IMG/VR virus record: IMGVR_UViG_3300042541_000817
Coordinates: 1 to 52,661 of that record
Length of the DNA: 52,661 bases
Reading direction: 5' to 3' (one strand)
DNA from: a virus
Lineage: Duplodnaviria > Caudoviricetes
Shown: positions 1-8,011 of the stretch, piece after piece
Layout of the letters: each line of letters opens with the position of its first letter
Position numbering within the stretch: position 1 is the first letter of the stretch
Notes under the pieces: generated by a model
Databases searched by the model: none
What the model was told of the DNA's origin: nothing
The model's input: only the letters and a program-made list of their open reading frames with translations
Made by a program: the position numbers and the translations under genes

Positions 1-90
1 TACTTTGTTTTCAATACGCTTTTCCATATCTCTTTCTTTTTCAGAGACATGATAGTGGTTTGAATATAGTTTAGCAAAGTGGTGTGGCAT
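1..90 (-). CDS. 5' part of hypothetical protein (runs off window edge)
   Basis: ATG at 90 (MPHHFAKLYSNHY...), TATAAT a few nt upstream on minus strand. Confidence 0.5.
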   Translation of the reverse strand, partial: MPHHFAKLYSNHYHVSEKERDMEKRIENKV

Positions 91-272
91 ATATTAATTA
101 TACACCTGGTTTGACAAACCAAGGTTTCTATGGTATAAGGTTTGGGGATATAAAGGTTTGGATCGTAATGCTTCAGTGGGGGCTACGGTTTTGGGGTTCG
201 TAATGTCTTTTCGTAATAAGGTTTAGAGGTTTGGTACTTGACAAATATCCAAAAATATGTCACGTGCGCTTT

Positions 273-536
273 TCACTCATCATCTTCTAAAAGATCGGTG
301 ATATCTTCAAACCCTGTATCCTCAATATCTAAACCTAAGATAAGCAGATCAAATGATTCGTTTATATATTTCTCTAGTGTTGGTGTGCTATTAATTATCC
401 CCTCGGCATATGCAAAAGCAAGTGGCAAACCAAGATCATTGTATACAAAGAAATCTGCCAACTCTTCATCATCTTTATAATTTAACCAGAGTTGTCCTAA
501 GATCAGGGCCTTACTTTCAAAAGTTGTTTTTGGCAT
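273..536 (-). CDS. hypothetical protein, acidic C-terminus
   Basis: ORF track; RBS GGAAGG; same orientation as neighbours. Confidence 0.75.
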   Translation of the reverse strand: MPKTTFESKALILGQLWLNYKDDEELADFFVYNDLGLPLAFAYAEGIINSTPTLEKYINESFDLLILGLDIEDTGFEDITDLLEDDE

Positions 537-723
537 AATTTGTACCTTCCTTAGTCTCTTTGGCTGATTCTGCTATTACCTGTAATCTATTATACACGAC
601 ATTGGGTTGGGACTTTGCTAAGTATTCCCCCACTAATTCCAAATCAACTCTGAGGTCGGAAATCTCATTGCCAAGTTTATTAGCAACCTTTTCCTCCGCT
701 GTCAGTATTCGTCTTATACGCAT
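517..723 (-). CDS. hypothetical protein
   Basis: ORF track; RBS GGAGGA; upstream TGATACAAT extended -10. Confidence 0.75.
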   Translation of the reverse strand: MRIRRILTAEEKVANKLGNEISDLRVDLELVGEYLAKSQPNVVYNRLQVIAESAKETKEGTNYAKNNF

Positions 724-750
724 AGTCCTCCTCCATTATCTATTGTATCA

Positions 751-820
751 AAAAGTAGGGGAAAGGGCAACCCCACGCTGCCCCTCCCCTGTAGGTCTAG
801 GAGACCCAGTCCTAGACCTG
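751..820 (-). terminator. two tandem GC-rich hairpins; the second is followed by a U-tract (intrinsic terminator)
   Basis: minus strand CAGGTCTAGGA-loop-TCCTAGACCTA, then AGGGGAGGGGCAGC-loop-GTTGCCCTTTCCCCT-ACTTTT. Confidence 0.65.
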
Positions 821-1177
821 CTCAACTAAAACTTTTGGAGCATATGCATTAATAAAGTCAACCCAGCCAATAACATTTCTATTATTGTCAATGATAGTTT
901 CTTTAGCAATGTCGATGACTACCGTCGTTTCCCCCAGGTCATAGTTACTCCCAGTGATTGAATAAATTCCAAACCCTGTCTCATCAAGAATAGAATCTTG
1001 CATAAGGTAACTAATCATCATACGATTGAAGTAAGCATAGTCTGACCACCTAGGCTTTGCATGCTGCAGGGCCATTGCTAGGTCCCGCTGCCATTCAGTC
1101 TCACCCCAGTGGCTATATAGGACCACATGGGCCTCATCTTCAACATCCTTAAATACAAAATTAATACGGGCTCCCAT
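812..1177 (-). CDS. conserved phage hypothetical protein (LYSHWG motif)
   Basis: ORF track; RBS AAGGAG; coupled to the upstream stop. Confidence 0.8.
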   Translation of the reverse strand: MGARINFVFKDVEDEAHVVLYSHWGETEWQRDLAMALQHAKPRWSDYAYFNRMMISYLMQDSILDETGFGIYSITGSNYDLGETTVVIDIAKETIIDNNRNVIGWVDFINAYAPKVLVEQV

Positions 1178-1323
1178 TAGTCATTCTCCTTAAAAGATAC
1201 GATTGATAGTTGGCTTAGTACTTCATTGAGCAGCGCTTCTTCATCTTCTGCCTCTGCTTCATATCTAAATGTCATGTAATCGCCTGTTGGCTCAAAGATA
1301 ACTTCTACTTTAAATTCTGACAT
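1177..1323 (-). CDS. small acidic hypothetical protein (48 aa, not in ORF track)
   Basis: MSEFKVEVIFEPTGDYMTFRYEAEAEDEEALLNEVLSQLSIVSFKEND; fills the gap with TAATG overlaps at both ends. Confidence 0.7.
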   Translation of the reverse strand: MSEFKVEVIFEPTGDYMTFRYEAEAEDEEALLNEVLSQLSIVSFKEND

Positions 1324-1646
1324 TATTCAATCTCACCTTCGAAATCAATAACTACCTTGCTAACTCGTCCGTCCTCGTTGAGTTGAACATAGACAGGGTA
1401 AAGTCCGTCACCATAGCCTGTGTTGAATACAACAGCAGAACCGATACCAAGTTCGCCATAAGAATTAGAAATGGTTGTGGCGCAAGCGCCGTGATAAGAA
1501 TAGTCGCCTTGCTTTCCGTCTAACTCGAATGCTTCTCCGTCATTGGTATTCCATTGGTCAAGGTAGCAGGGGTCGCCTACCATTGCTTGTCCGCTATCTA
1601 CCGCAAATGAACCTGCTAATACAAGTTCGTCTAATACATACTTCAT
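1323..1646 (-). CDS. DUF4241-like protein
   Basis: VDSGQAMVGDPCY and TGYGDGLYPV motifs. Confidence 0.65.
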   Translation of the reverse strand: MKYVLDELVLAGSFAVDSGQAMVGDPCYLDQWNTNDGEAFELDGKQGDYSYHGACATTISNSYGELGIGSAVVFNTGYGDGLYPVYVQLNEDGRVSKVVIDFEGEIE

Positions 1647-2098
1647 TGGGTCTCCTTTATTGTTAGTCCTACTAAGGTCATTTCATCAAGTGTAGCACAT
1701 TCTGTGCATTTTTCCAAATCGTGGTCTTGGAAGGAATCTCTAATAAGATTATCAGGGTCTTCCAGTTCAGCATGGCAGTTCTCACAGAAGTACCAGTTAT
1801 AGCCAATACGGATTTGAATGGTAGTGTCAGGTGGGCACGGTACCTCAGTAATGAAGTATCCTAATCTATTTACAAATCCCCAGCCAGACCAGATATAGGA
1901 GCCACCGTCATCGCCATCCCCATACATCCAGATTTTGTCAGGGGATTGAGATTTAACAAACTCTACCTCATCACCATATGTCTCAAACATAATGCCACCC
2001 TCCCCATTATCAAATGAGGCATTTGGGTCTATATGATTAGTGATTGGTTTGTATGTAGTTAGCCATTCATCAAATTCCATTTCAATAAACTTATCCAT
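1643..2098 (-). CDS. hypothetical protein with C-terminal CxxC..CxxC zinc ribbon
   Basis: ORF track; start moved to MDKFIEM; CENC/CTEC. Confidence 0.75.
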   Translation of the reverse strand: MDKFIEMEFDEWLTTYKPITNHIDPNASFDNGEGGIMFETYGDEVEFVKSQSPDKIWMYGDGDDGGSYIWSGWGFVNRLGYFITEVPCPPDTTIQIRIGYNWYFCENCHAELEDPDNLIRDSFQDHDLEKCTECATLDEMTLVGLTIKETQ

Positions 2099-2363
2099 TT
2101 TTCTTAGCCCTATCACTAATAGCAAAGGATAGTTGATATGTTAGGGCATATACCCATGACAGAGCGTCCATTTGGCCTTCCCAGTATTTACGCTCCATAG
2201 AATCCATTGCCTCTTCTGTATATTCTTCTTGCTCAACAGCGGCATTGTATTCTTTTTCAGCCTCAAGCATGAGGTTCTTAAGTTCACCATGGAGGATGTC
2301 TGTGCCTGATTCTCCAAGGTCAATGAGTTTCTGTAGTCGTGGTTCTAGGTCTGTTGTCATCAT
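2091..2363 (-). CDS. hypothetical protein
   Basis: ORF track; ATG 6 nt after the -10 of the promoter at 2370-2391. Confidence 0.75.
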   Translation of the reverse strand: MMTTDLEPRLQKLIDLGESGTDILHGELKNLMLEAEKEYNAAVEQEEYTEEAMDSMERKYWEGQMDALSWVYALTYQLSFAISDRAKKNG

Positions 2364-2569
2364 TACTCTAGTATACCCTCGGCCACTGACAAAATGTGGG
2401 AGGTGGCAATCATCTGTCCATTTAGAGATATATCCTCTATCTCCAAGTCCCAGTATTCATCTGAGTTCATATCTTCAATTAGTATCATTTCAGATTTGAG
2501 TTTCTCAGAATCTTGCTCCAGCGATAGGAGGTGCAGTTTCATGTATTCTTTAAGTGTGTTTAGGTCCAT
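2363..2569 (-). CDS. acidic hypothetical protein
   Basis: ORF track; tight packing. Confidence 0.7.
   Translation of the reverse strand: MDLNTLKEYMKLHLLSLEQDSEKLKSEMILIEDMNSDEYWDLEIEDISLNGQMIATSHILSVAEGILE
2370..2391 (-). promoter_or_regulatory. TGTCAG-N10-TAnnnT (PafBC/RecA-NDp-type) promoter
   Basis: TGTCAG tggccgaggg TATACT; one of 11 copies. Confidence 0.7.
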
Positions 2570-2572
2570 ATA

Positions 2573-2812
2573 TTAATTATAGGGGTTTGAGTTGATTTTT
2601 ACAACTTGGCGGGGTGTGACTTTAATCACAGGTTCATAGTCAGGGGTAGGATCCTCATCTACATGTGTAACAGTAGCATCCCATTTGCTTAATAGGATTA
2701 CATGAGATGATGCATGGCAAATGCAGGCGGGATCAATCTGAGGCTCAACTGATGCAGTAATCTCTATAAGAGCATCACAGTCAGTACATAGATAAGTAAA
2801 CTTAGTCCACAT
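2573..2812 (-). CDS. hypothetical Cys-containing protein
   Basis: ORF track; CTDC and CIC motifs. Confidence 0.65.
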   Translation of the reverse strand: MWTKFTYLCTDCDALIEITASVEPQIDPACICHASSHVILLSKWDATVTHVDEDPTPDYEPVIKVTPRQVVKINSNPYN

Positions 2813-2892
2813 TAGCAGTCCTCACAAGTAGTATCGCCATAGGTAATAGATACTCCACAGTCAGAGCACCAGGATTCATCATACATTCCCAT
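2812..2892 (-). CDS. 26-aa zinc-ribbon micropeptide (not in ORF track)
   Basis: MGMYDESWCSDCGVSITYGDTTCEDC; TAATG overlaps at both ends. Confidence 0.55.
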   Translation of the reverse strand: MGMYDESWCSDCGVSITYGDTTCEDC

Positions 2893-3053
2893 TACTCACC
2901 CCAATACTTTATAATAGTATTCATAGTCATATGGAGATTACAATCGCAATCCCCACCATTCATGTTCTCCATGAATTCAAAGTGCGATAGGTTGTCCTCA
3001 TAGATTTCTGTTACCAGTTCATCTATGGTGTATGGTTTGTGGGTTGTGGTCAT
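2892..3053 (-). CDS. hypothetical protein
   Basis: ORF track; start moved to MTTTHKPY (ATGA overlap, RBS AGGAG). Confidence 0.65.
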   Translation of the reverse strand: MTTTHKPYTIDELVTEIYEDNLSHFEFMENMNGGDCDCNLHMTMNTIIKYWGE

Positions 3054-3280
3054 ACTGTACAAGACTCCTGACATATGTGATAGGCTTTTAGAGATGATAC
3101 TGTCAATTCTAACATTTCGTCAGGGTATCTGTCAAGCACCCAATTAAGTGCTTCACCAGCAGTATTGAAGTCAGAGGCAGTGCTACTTTCTCCATAGCCT
3201 TGTATAGTTGCTTCCCAGCAGTCAACGCCACCAGGGGAGCAGGAGTATTCCATTTCGTATATTTCTACATTTAGGGTCAT
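3050..3280 (-). CDS. hypothetical protein
   Basis: ORF track; leaderless after TTGACA-N17-CATAAT. Confidence 0.7.
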   Translation of the reverse strand: MTLNVEIYEMEYSCSPGGVDCWEATIQGYGESSTASDFNTAGEALNWVLDRYPDEMLELTVSSLKAYHICQESCTV

Positions 3281-3286
3281 GTATTA

Positions 3287-3315
3287 ATTATGACAGGAAT
3301 CCTGGGAAATGTCAA
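3287..3315 (-). promoter_or_regulatory. sigma70/SigA-type promoter
   Basis: TTGACA-17 nt-CATAAT, 6 nt before ATG. Confidence 0.65.
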
Positions 3316-3320
3316 GTCTA

Positions 3321-3396
3321 TCGTAAAGATTTTTTGGTTTGATATTTTTGGGGATTTTTAATAGTCTTCGTAAAGATTTTTTAATTTGACATTTTT
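3321..3396 (+). repeat. 29-bp imperfect direct repeat TCGTAAAGATTTTTTnnTTTGAyATTTTT
   Basis: copies at 3321-3349 and 3368-3396. Confidence 0.75.
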
Positions 3397-3440
3397 ATGT
3401 CCGATATGTCTGAATTGTCCACACGTGCGGATTTTCTTTG

Positions 3441-3516
3441 CGATTCCGATGGGATTTGAACCCACGATCTCTACAGTGACAGTGTAGCGATTTAAACCAG
3501 ACTAATCTACGGAACC
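3441..3516 (-). tRNA. tRNA-Asp(GTC)
   Basis: cloverleaf: acceptor GGTTCCG/CGGAATC, anticodon stem CTACA/TGTAG with CT-GTC-AC loop, T-loop GTTCAAATC, discriminator G; no encoded CCA. Confidence 0.93.
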
Positions 3517-3522
3517 AAATGG

Positions 3523-3550
3523 TGAGCAGTTTTTATTCTTACTCAGGAAT
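3523..3550 (-). ncRNA. H-type pseudoknot motif copy 1
   Basis: ATTC-CTGAGTAA-GAAT-AAAAAC-TGCTC. Confidence 0.7.
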
Positions 3551-3558
3551 TTTTTTAA

Positions 3559-4575
3559 TTATGCAATCTGCAAAACATTTTGCACAACTTTTAGCAAACG
3601 ATTCTTTTCTGCATTGATAGCAGGGTCAAATCCGCTTGCGCTTGCAAGGATAGATTCGTTAGAACCACCACGAGCAGAACGATACCAATCAAGGCGTTCA
3701 GTTAGTGCATTGAAAGCACCCCACGCATTACCAGCAATCATTCCATTGAATTCGCCAGTGTAGATGTCATTGATAACATCAACCTTGTTTTCCCATTTCT
3801 TGAAAGCACCCTTAGAATCTTTTTCAGGCTTAGGGTATGCAGCAAGAATGATGTTGTTGAAATCTTGTGCGGTGATTTCTTTTTGAATCATAGCGTTAGC
3901 CATAACATCAAAAGAGTCCATGTACTTATGGGCAAGACCCAAAGTTTCACGAGCAACGGCAACCTTACCAGAAGCGGTCTGAGTGTGGCGAATCTTGAAA
4001 GATTGCTTGACACCATTCTTTTTCTTAGTAGTGTTTAGTGCAAGGTTAAGAGTGTTAGCGCATACAACACGAACAGGTGTGATACTTGCTTGAATAGCGA
4101 TTGAGCCATCGTGTGATGTATTGATAAGTAGATAAGTCTTGACCTTATCTGCAACACCGCTAGGGTCTAAGATTGTTTCACGCTCTAGTGCTAATGCACC
4201 GAATACGACACGACCACCCTTGATTGAACCAGCGGTTTCCCAACGACCTCCGCCATCGAGAATGTTATCACCGAATGAAAATAAATCTTCATTCTGCATA
4301 ACATGATAACGCTCACCAACGACACCAAGAATGTCGGTCTGAGAGTTGTCAGTAGGATTGGTACGCAATACATACTGATAGTTTTTGTCACTTGTTAAGT
4401 GTGATGGGGTTTCCAAATCCTCAAGACGAACATTCCAATTAGAAAGGCTTGCTAGGTCTAGCATTTCTTTTGTTGTTTTTTCCTCTGTGAATACGGTACC
4501 CAATCCATGCCAAGCGGGTTCACGAAATGATGCGAATGAAGCCTTACCATTTTGTGTTTCGATTTCATGTGCCAT
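3559..4575 (-). CDS. DUF932 family phage/plasmid-like protein
   Basis: REPAWHGLG, ETAGSIKGG and NTSHDGS..TPVRVVCANTL motifs; start moved to MAHEIE with RBS AAGGAG. Confidence 0.88.
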   Translation of the reverse strand: MAHEIETQNGKASFASFREPAWHGLGTVFTEEKTTKEMLDLASLSNWNVRLEDLETPSHLTSDKNYQYVLRTNPTDNSQTDILGVVGERYHVMQNEDLFSFGDNILDGGGRWETAGSIKGGRVVFGALALERETILDPSGVADKVKTYLLINTSHDGSIAIQASITPVRVVCANTLNLALNTTKKKNGVKQSFKIRHTQTASGKVAVARETLGLAHKYMDSFDVMANAMIQKEITAQDFNNIILAAYPKPEKDSKGAFKKWENKVDVINDIYTGEFNGMIAGNAWGAFNALTERLDWYRSARGGSNESILASASGFDPAINAEKNRLLKVVQNVLQIA

Positions 4576-4606
4576 GAGTTTTCTCCTTTTTTGTTGTTGA
4601 ATTTTA

Positions 4607-4736
4607 AGTATAGCAGGACGGGCTGACAAATGCAAATCGGGATAGTTAAACATGGGACAAATTGGACATTCCTTAATGTGATTAAATTCACATGATCGTA
4701 AAAGTTATCCACAGACTTATCCACAGGCCCCACGTG
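4607..4736 (-). promoter_or_regulatory. regulatory cassette: PafBC-type promoter, GGACA-N4-GGACA, CRP site, two DnaA boxes, CACGTG
   Basis: 4607-4628; 4655-4668; TGTGA-N6-TCACA 4677-4692; TTATCCACA 4705-4713 and 4717-4725; CACGTG 4731-4736. Confidence 0.75.
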
Positions 4737-4759
4737 TAAATTTTGCGGGAATTAAAAGT

Positions 4760-4787
4760 TGAGCAGTTTTAAAACATGCTCAGGTTT
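4760..4787 (-). ncRNA. H-type pseudoknot motif copy 2
   Basis: AAAC-CTGAGCAT-GTTT-TAAAAC-TGCTC. Confidence 0.7.
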
Positions 4788-4802
4788 ATTAGTAGCCCCC
4801 TA

Positions 4803-5231
4803 CTAAATATCTATACGGTCCACACTGGATGATAACCATGTGACATCATCTGAATTGTAAGATACAGTATCGAAATCAATATCATGAATTAGATTCTGTG
4901 CACTTTCTTCATCTCGTGCATTGACTGTAATTGAATAAAGAACTGTGACTTCCAATTCAAATTCTTTTGTTAACTCAAATCCGCAAATATCTGCAATTGC
5001 TTGTGCAGTCTCTTCTGAAATGGTACCGTCGTCCAAGTTTTCTAAGGTCCACTCTTGCATTTCATTACGCATACGAGAGCGCTCTGCAGCCTCACCATAT
5101 GAGCGCTGAGTTACTTTTTGAATGTGCTCTTCAAGTTGTTGAATGCGTTCTTTGTTTTGTACTAGAGTAGTTTCTAAAAACTCTCGTGTCATATAGTGTG
5201 TGTCTGTTGCTACTGTGATTGGTTGGTCCAT
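4803..5231 (-). CDS. acidic coiled-coil hypothetical protein
   Basis: ORF track; RBS GAAAGAGG; promoter at 5263-5292. Confidence 0.8.
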   Translation of the reverse strand: MDQPITVATDTHYMTREFLETTLVQNKERIQQLEEHIQKVTQRSYGEAAERSRMRNEMQEWTLENLDDGTISEETAQAIADICGFELTKEFELEVTVLYSITVNARDEESAQNLIHDIDFDTVSYNSDDVTWLSSSVDRIDI

Positions 5232-5262
5232 GGGGGCCTCTTTCTGTTAGTTGGTTAATTCA

Positions 5263-5292
5263 ATTGTACTGGGTGCCACTGACATTTGTCAA
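5263..5292 (-). promoter_or_regulatory. promoter with both TTGACA -35 and TGTCAG-N10-TACAAT
   Basis: TTGACA aa TGTCAG tggcacccag TACAAT. Confidence 0.7.
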
Positions 5293-5305
5293 GATCCCTT
5301 GCGGG

Positions 5306-5332
5306 GAGTAGTTTATACACATACTCAGGTGT
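5306..5332 (-). ncRNA. H-type pseudoknot motif copy 3
   Basis: ACAC-CTGAGTAT-GTGT-ATAAAC-TACTC; compensatory change in stem 2. Confidence 0.7.
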
Positions 5333-5387
5333 CTTATCTCAGGCATACCTACACATCAAGGCGTAGGGCTTAGCAGAGATAAATTAT

Positions 5388-5813
5388 TTAGAGATAACGA
5401 GCAACCGCATTGTAAGTGCTGGTGCTAACTACTTCCTCATCTGTCATCTTGAGAATACGAATTGCGTTAGACATTTCATCTACCATCTCGTTGTAGGTGT
5501 GTCTGTGGATTTGCTCAAAATTACGCTCAGGTTCAGCAGGAAAGTTTGTTCCGCTTTCTACCTTGATGTCAAAATCAACATTGAGAGTTTTGTTCCACTC
5601 ACGATAGTTCGTGCGTAGATTTTCTGCCTTTGAGATTTGACTAATAGCATACTTTACTAATTGTTCGTTCCAAGCCTTTTGTGCTTCTTGGAACTTTGCT
5701 TCGTTCTCATCTTGTGTTTTGTAGTTAGCCTCTAGTTCTGCTAACTTAGTTTCTAGTGCGTTGATAACTCTCTGTGTAGGTATCTTTACGCTAATTGCTT
5801 TTCCTCTTGCCAT
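5388..5813 (-). CDS. conserved phage hypothetical protein (coiled-coil)
   Basis: ORF track; RBS AAGGA. Confidence 0.8.
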   Translation of the reverse strand: MARGKAISVKIPTQRVINALETKLAELEANYKTQDENEAKFQEAQKAWNEQLVKYAISQISKAENLRTNYREWNKTLNVDFDIKVESGTNFPAEPERNFEQIHRHTYNEMVDEMSNAIRILKMTDEEVVSTSTYNAVARYL

Positions 5814-5853
5814 TGGGTCTGTTTCCTTTTCTTTGTTTTGTTAGGGGGTTGGT

Positions 5854-5891
5854 TGAGCAGTTTATTTATTATCTCATGCTCAGGAGATAAT
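5854..5891 (-). ncRNA. H-type pseudoknot motif copy 4
   Basis: ATTATCTC-CTGAGCAT-GAGATAAT-AAATAAAC-TGCTC (8-bp stem 1). Confidence 0.72.
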
Positions 5892-5898
5892 TGTCAAA

Positions 5899-6063
5899 CT
5901 ACTTGGCTGTCCAAGTTGTGTATCGTGGCTTGCCATTTACATCTAACTTGACACGAACATTTCCGTTAGCCTGTGGTGTGATTTCTGTGATGATACCACT
6001 TACCTTTGACTTTTGAGTTGTGTAGGTGTCGCCTACTTTGTAAGTTGCGGTTGCTACTGACAT
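5899..6063 (-). CDS. 54-aa SH3/KOW-like small beta protein (not in ORF track)
   Basis: MSVATATYKVGDTYTTQKSKVSGIITEITPQANGNVRVKLDVNGKPRYTTWTAK; RBS GAAGGG; own TTGACA-N18-CATAAT promoter. Confidence 0.75.
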   Translation of the reverse strand: MSVATATYKVGDTYTTQKSKVSGIITEITPQANGNVRVKLDVNGKPRYTTWTAK

Positions 6064-6161
6064 TTGTTTCCTTCTTTCTGTTAGGGTTTTGCTTACTATC
6101 TAATTATGACATTTCTTGGGAAAAATGTCAAGTCTAATTTGAGATTTCTCAAATAGTGAGA

Positions 6162-6332
6162 TTACTTGCTGGTCTTGACCATAGCCAAACGGCGTGAGCC
6201 ATTTGCTAGAACTAGACTAACTCTGGTAAGTTTATTAGACATTGGCTCAAAACTAGCAATACGACCTGTAATGCCTGTCTTGCTTGTCGTGAATAAATCA
6301 CCAATTTGGTATTGGTATCCTCCAAGGGTCAT
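6162..6332 (-). CDS. 56-aa SH3/KOW-like small beta protein, paralog of 5899-6063 (not in ORF track)
   Basis: MTLGGYQYQIGDLFTTSKTGITGRIASFEPMSNKLTRVSLVLANGSRRLAMVKTSK; RBS GAAAGG. Confidence 0.75.
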   Translation of the reverse strand: MTLGGYQYQIGDLFTTSKTGITGRIASFEPMSNKLTRVSLVLANGSRRLAMVKTSK

Positions 6333-6420
6333 TGTTCTGCCTTTCTGTTGTGGGGTTTTGCTTACTATCTAATTCTAGCAGAAAAATGTCAAAAATACCA
6401 ATTCAGCGGAGGATTTGGGG

Positions 6421-6484
6421 TGTGTCCTTAATCACATCTTAAAGGCGTGTCGTGACTTGACAGATCAAAGATTTTGCCCACGTG
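6421..6484. promoter_or_regulatory. CRP-like site, GACACGCC (WhiA-like) and CACGTG
   Basis: TGTGT-N6-TCACA 6421-6436; GGCGTGTC 6444-6451; CACGTG 6479-6484. Confidence 0.6.
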
Positions 6485-6566
6485 CCCTTTCGGGATTACT
6501 ACTGATACAAAAATAAAATAAATAAAAAAAATGCTAAGAACATCCATTGTGTTGAATTCATTTATC

Positions 6567-7289
6567 TCATTTCTTACTCGCAGAAAAAATTATGTCACTC
6601 TTAGAGTATACACAAAGTGAGCAAGAAACGCAAGCGCTTCCATTTGTTGAGATAAGCGGAATTTGTTTATTATTCTCAGGACACTTAGCAGCAGGCTTAC
6701 CAATCATTTCTTTTACATCTGCTTGACCAATAGCAAAATTCTTAGCAAGGTATGCCATGCGTACGCCACTATTAATTTTTAGGTCTACTGCGGTTTTTAC
6801 ATTCTCGCTATCTGCAGAAAAGTATAGGCTTAGATTATCAATACCCTTGAGCATTAGAGCAGCACTTGCTACACGAGTATAAACCCAAAATTGAATTTCA
6901 GGATGATTAAGTATTACATGCTTCCATGCGAATGTGTAGGTATCGTTAAAAAAGTCTCCGTCCCAATGAATACGGAATAGTTTAGGAGCGTCTTTCTTAT
7001 TGCAGTCTGCAACAAAATCAACAATCATTTCTTCAAGCAATGCTTTCATAGTATCATGGTCTGCGTCTTTAAGCAATGCCCAATTGTGTAATAGATTAGT
7101 TTTTACTGCGGGGAATAGTCTTTCGAGTTTTCCTGCGTAGCATACGCTTTCACATACGCTAGTGGCACCAGGGCACGAGAAAGCCTTTCCAGCAGGTAAT
7201 CCAAATGTGTTTGCGATACTTGCTTGTTTTCCATTTTTTGTGACAAGGTTAGCCACCTTCCTATCTTTAGAGCGTTTTAGTTTAGTCAT
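6567..7289 (-). CDS. Gp88-family protein (Cys-cluster, radical-SAM-like)
   Basis: FGLPAG..SCPGATSVCESVCYA, FRIHWDGDF, WVYTR and C-terminal CP..CxxCxLC motifs. Confidence 0.75.
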   Translation of the reverse strand: MTKLKRSKDRKVANLVTKNGKQASIANTFGLPAGKAFSCPGATSVCESVCYAGKLERLFPAVKTNLLHNWALLKDADHDTMKALLEEMIVDFVADCNKKDAPKLFRIHWDGDFFNDTYTFAWKHVILNHPEIQFWVYTRVASAALMLKGIDNLSLYFSADSENVKTAVDLKINSGVRMAYLAKNFAIGQADVKEMIGKPAAKCPENNKQIPLISTNGSACVSCSLCVYSKSDIIFSASKK

Positions 7290-7295
7290 GGGGTT

Positions 7296-7439
7296 CTACT
7301 TTCTTTCTTTAATTATAGCGGAGGGGTCTGACAATTTTTTTCTATTGTAGGTTTTCTTTGACGGAACACTTGAGGCAGCATTAGATCTACGCAACTCCAT
7401 AAGTCTGCGTAATTCCTCGGGTGTTTTCTTTTGTGTCAT
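7296..7439 (-). CDS. 47-aa very basic protein (not in ORF track)
   Basis: MTQKKTPEELRRLMELRRSNAASSVPSKKTYNRKKLSDPSAIIKERK; leaderless after TTGACA..TAAGAT. Confidence 0.65.
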   Translation of the reverse strand: MTQKKTPEELRRLMELRRSNAASSVPSKKTYNRKKLSDPSAIIKERK

Positions 7440-7484
7440 AAACTAATCTTAGCATACATGGGATAAAAATGTCAAATCTTAAAA

Positions 7485-7542
7485 TGTGATAAAGATCACA
7501 CGACGCACGTGGGCATTTTTATGCGGGGAAGTGCATAAAAAT
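7485..7542. promoter_or_regulatory. CRP site, CACGTG and terminator-like hairpin
   Basis: TGTGA-N6-TCACA 7485-7500; CACGTG 7506-7511; ATTTTTATGC/GCATAAAAAT inverted repeat. Confidence 0.6.
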
Positions 7543-7550
7543 ACTTTTAG

Positions 7551-7793
7551 TTATTCTATTGTTTCAATAAAAACATACAACGGAATTAAATCAGTGTAAG
7601 AATAATTGGCAAAGTCTAATTCATCAAATTCATTCTTAGTCTGAATACTCCAATTATCTGCAGTTGAATCACTTTCAATAAACATAACTTCAACAATGTC
7701 ATCACCGACTTTAATTAAATCGCCAATCATTAATTGATCTGGCTTGAGTTCATCTGCAAAGATTAGTTCCATGCTATTTATTGTATCAGACAT
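7551..7793 (-). CDS. acidic hypothetical protein
   Basis: ORF track; RBS AGGAGG. Confidence 0.75.
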   Translation of the reverse strand: MSDTINSMELIFADELKPDQLMIGDLIKVGDDIVEVMFIESDSTADNWSIQTKNEFDELDFANYSYTDLIPLYVFIETIE

Positions 7794-7794
7794 T

Positions 7795-8010
7795 TTACTT
7801 TCCTCCTACTTTTCCGTCACGATAAAAAATCTTGGTGTGCATTTTGCCATTAGGCTCTGAAAAATTGTAGGTTGCATAGTCATCTGCAAATCCCCAATCC
7901 ACAATTTTATTCCACTCGGTCACTGCGCTAATTGCGTCTGAATAACGACCAACCCAATGAGGTGAAGTATCATTATCATAGGTTGCAGTAATTGCGTATG
8001 AGTATTCCAT
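7795..8010 (-). CDS. hypothetical protein (DxGFAxDY..PxG..TK motif)
   Basis: ORF track; start moved to MEYSY; similar to the N-half of 35511-35966. Confidence 0.75.
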   Translation of the reverse strand: MEYSYAITATYDNDTSPHWVGRYSDAISAVTEWNKIVDWGFADDYATYNFSEPNGKMHTKIFYRDGKVGGK

Positions 8011-8011
8011 T

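Noticed and set aside
3441-3516. tRNA as prophage attachment site
   Set aside because: Phage-type genes and the same motif families flank both sides; no integrase or duplicated tRNA 3' end in the window.
4458-4733. ORF-track calls across regulatory cassettes (also 10470-10655, 11779-12015, 8995-9228)
   Set aside because: They overlap promoter and binding-site arrays, lack an RBS and have atypical composition.
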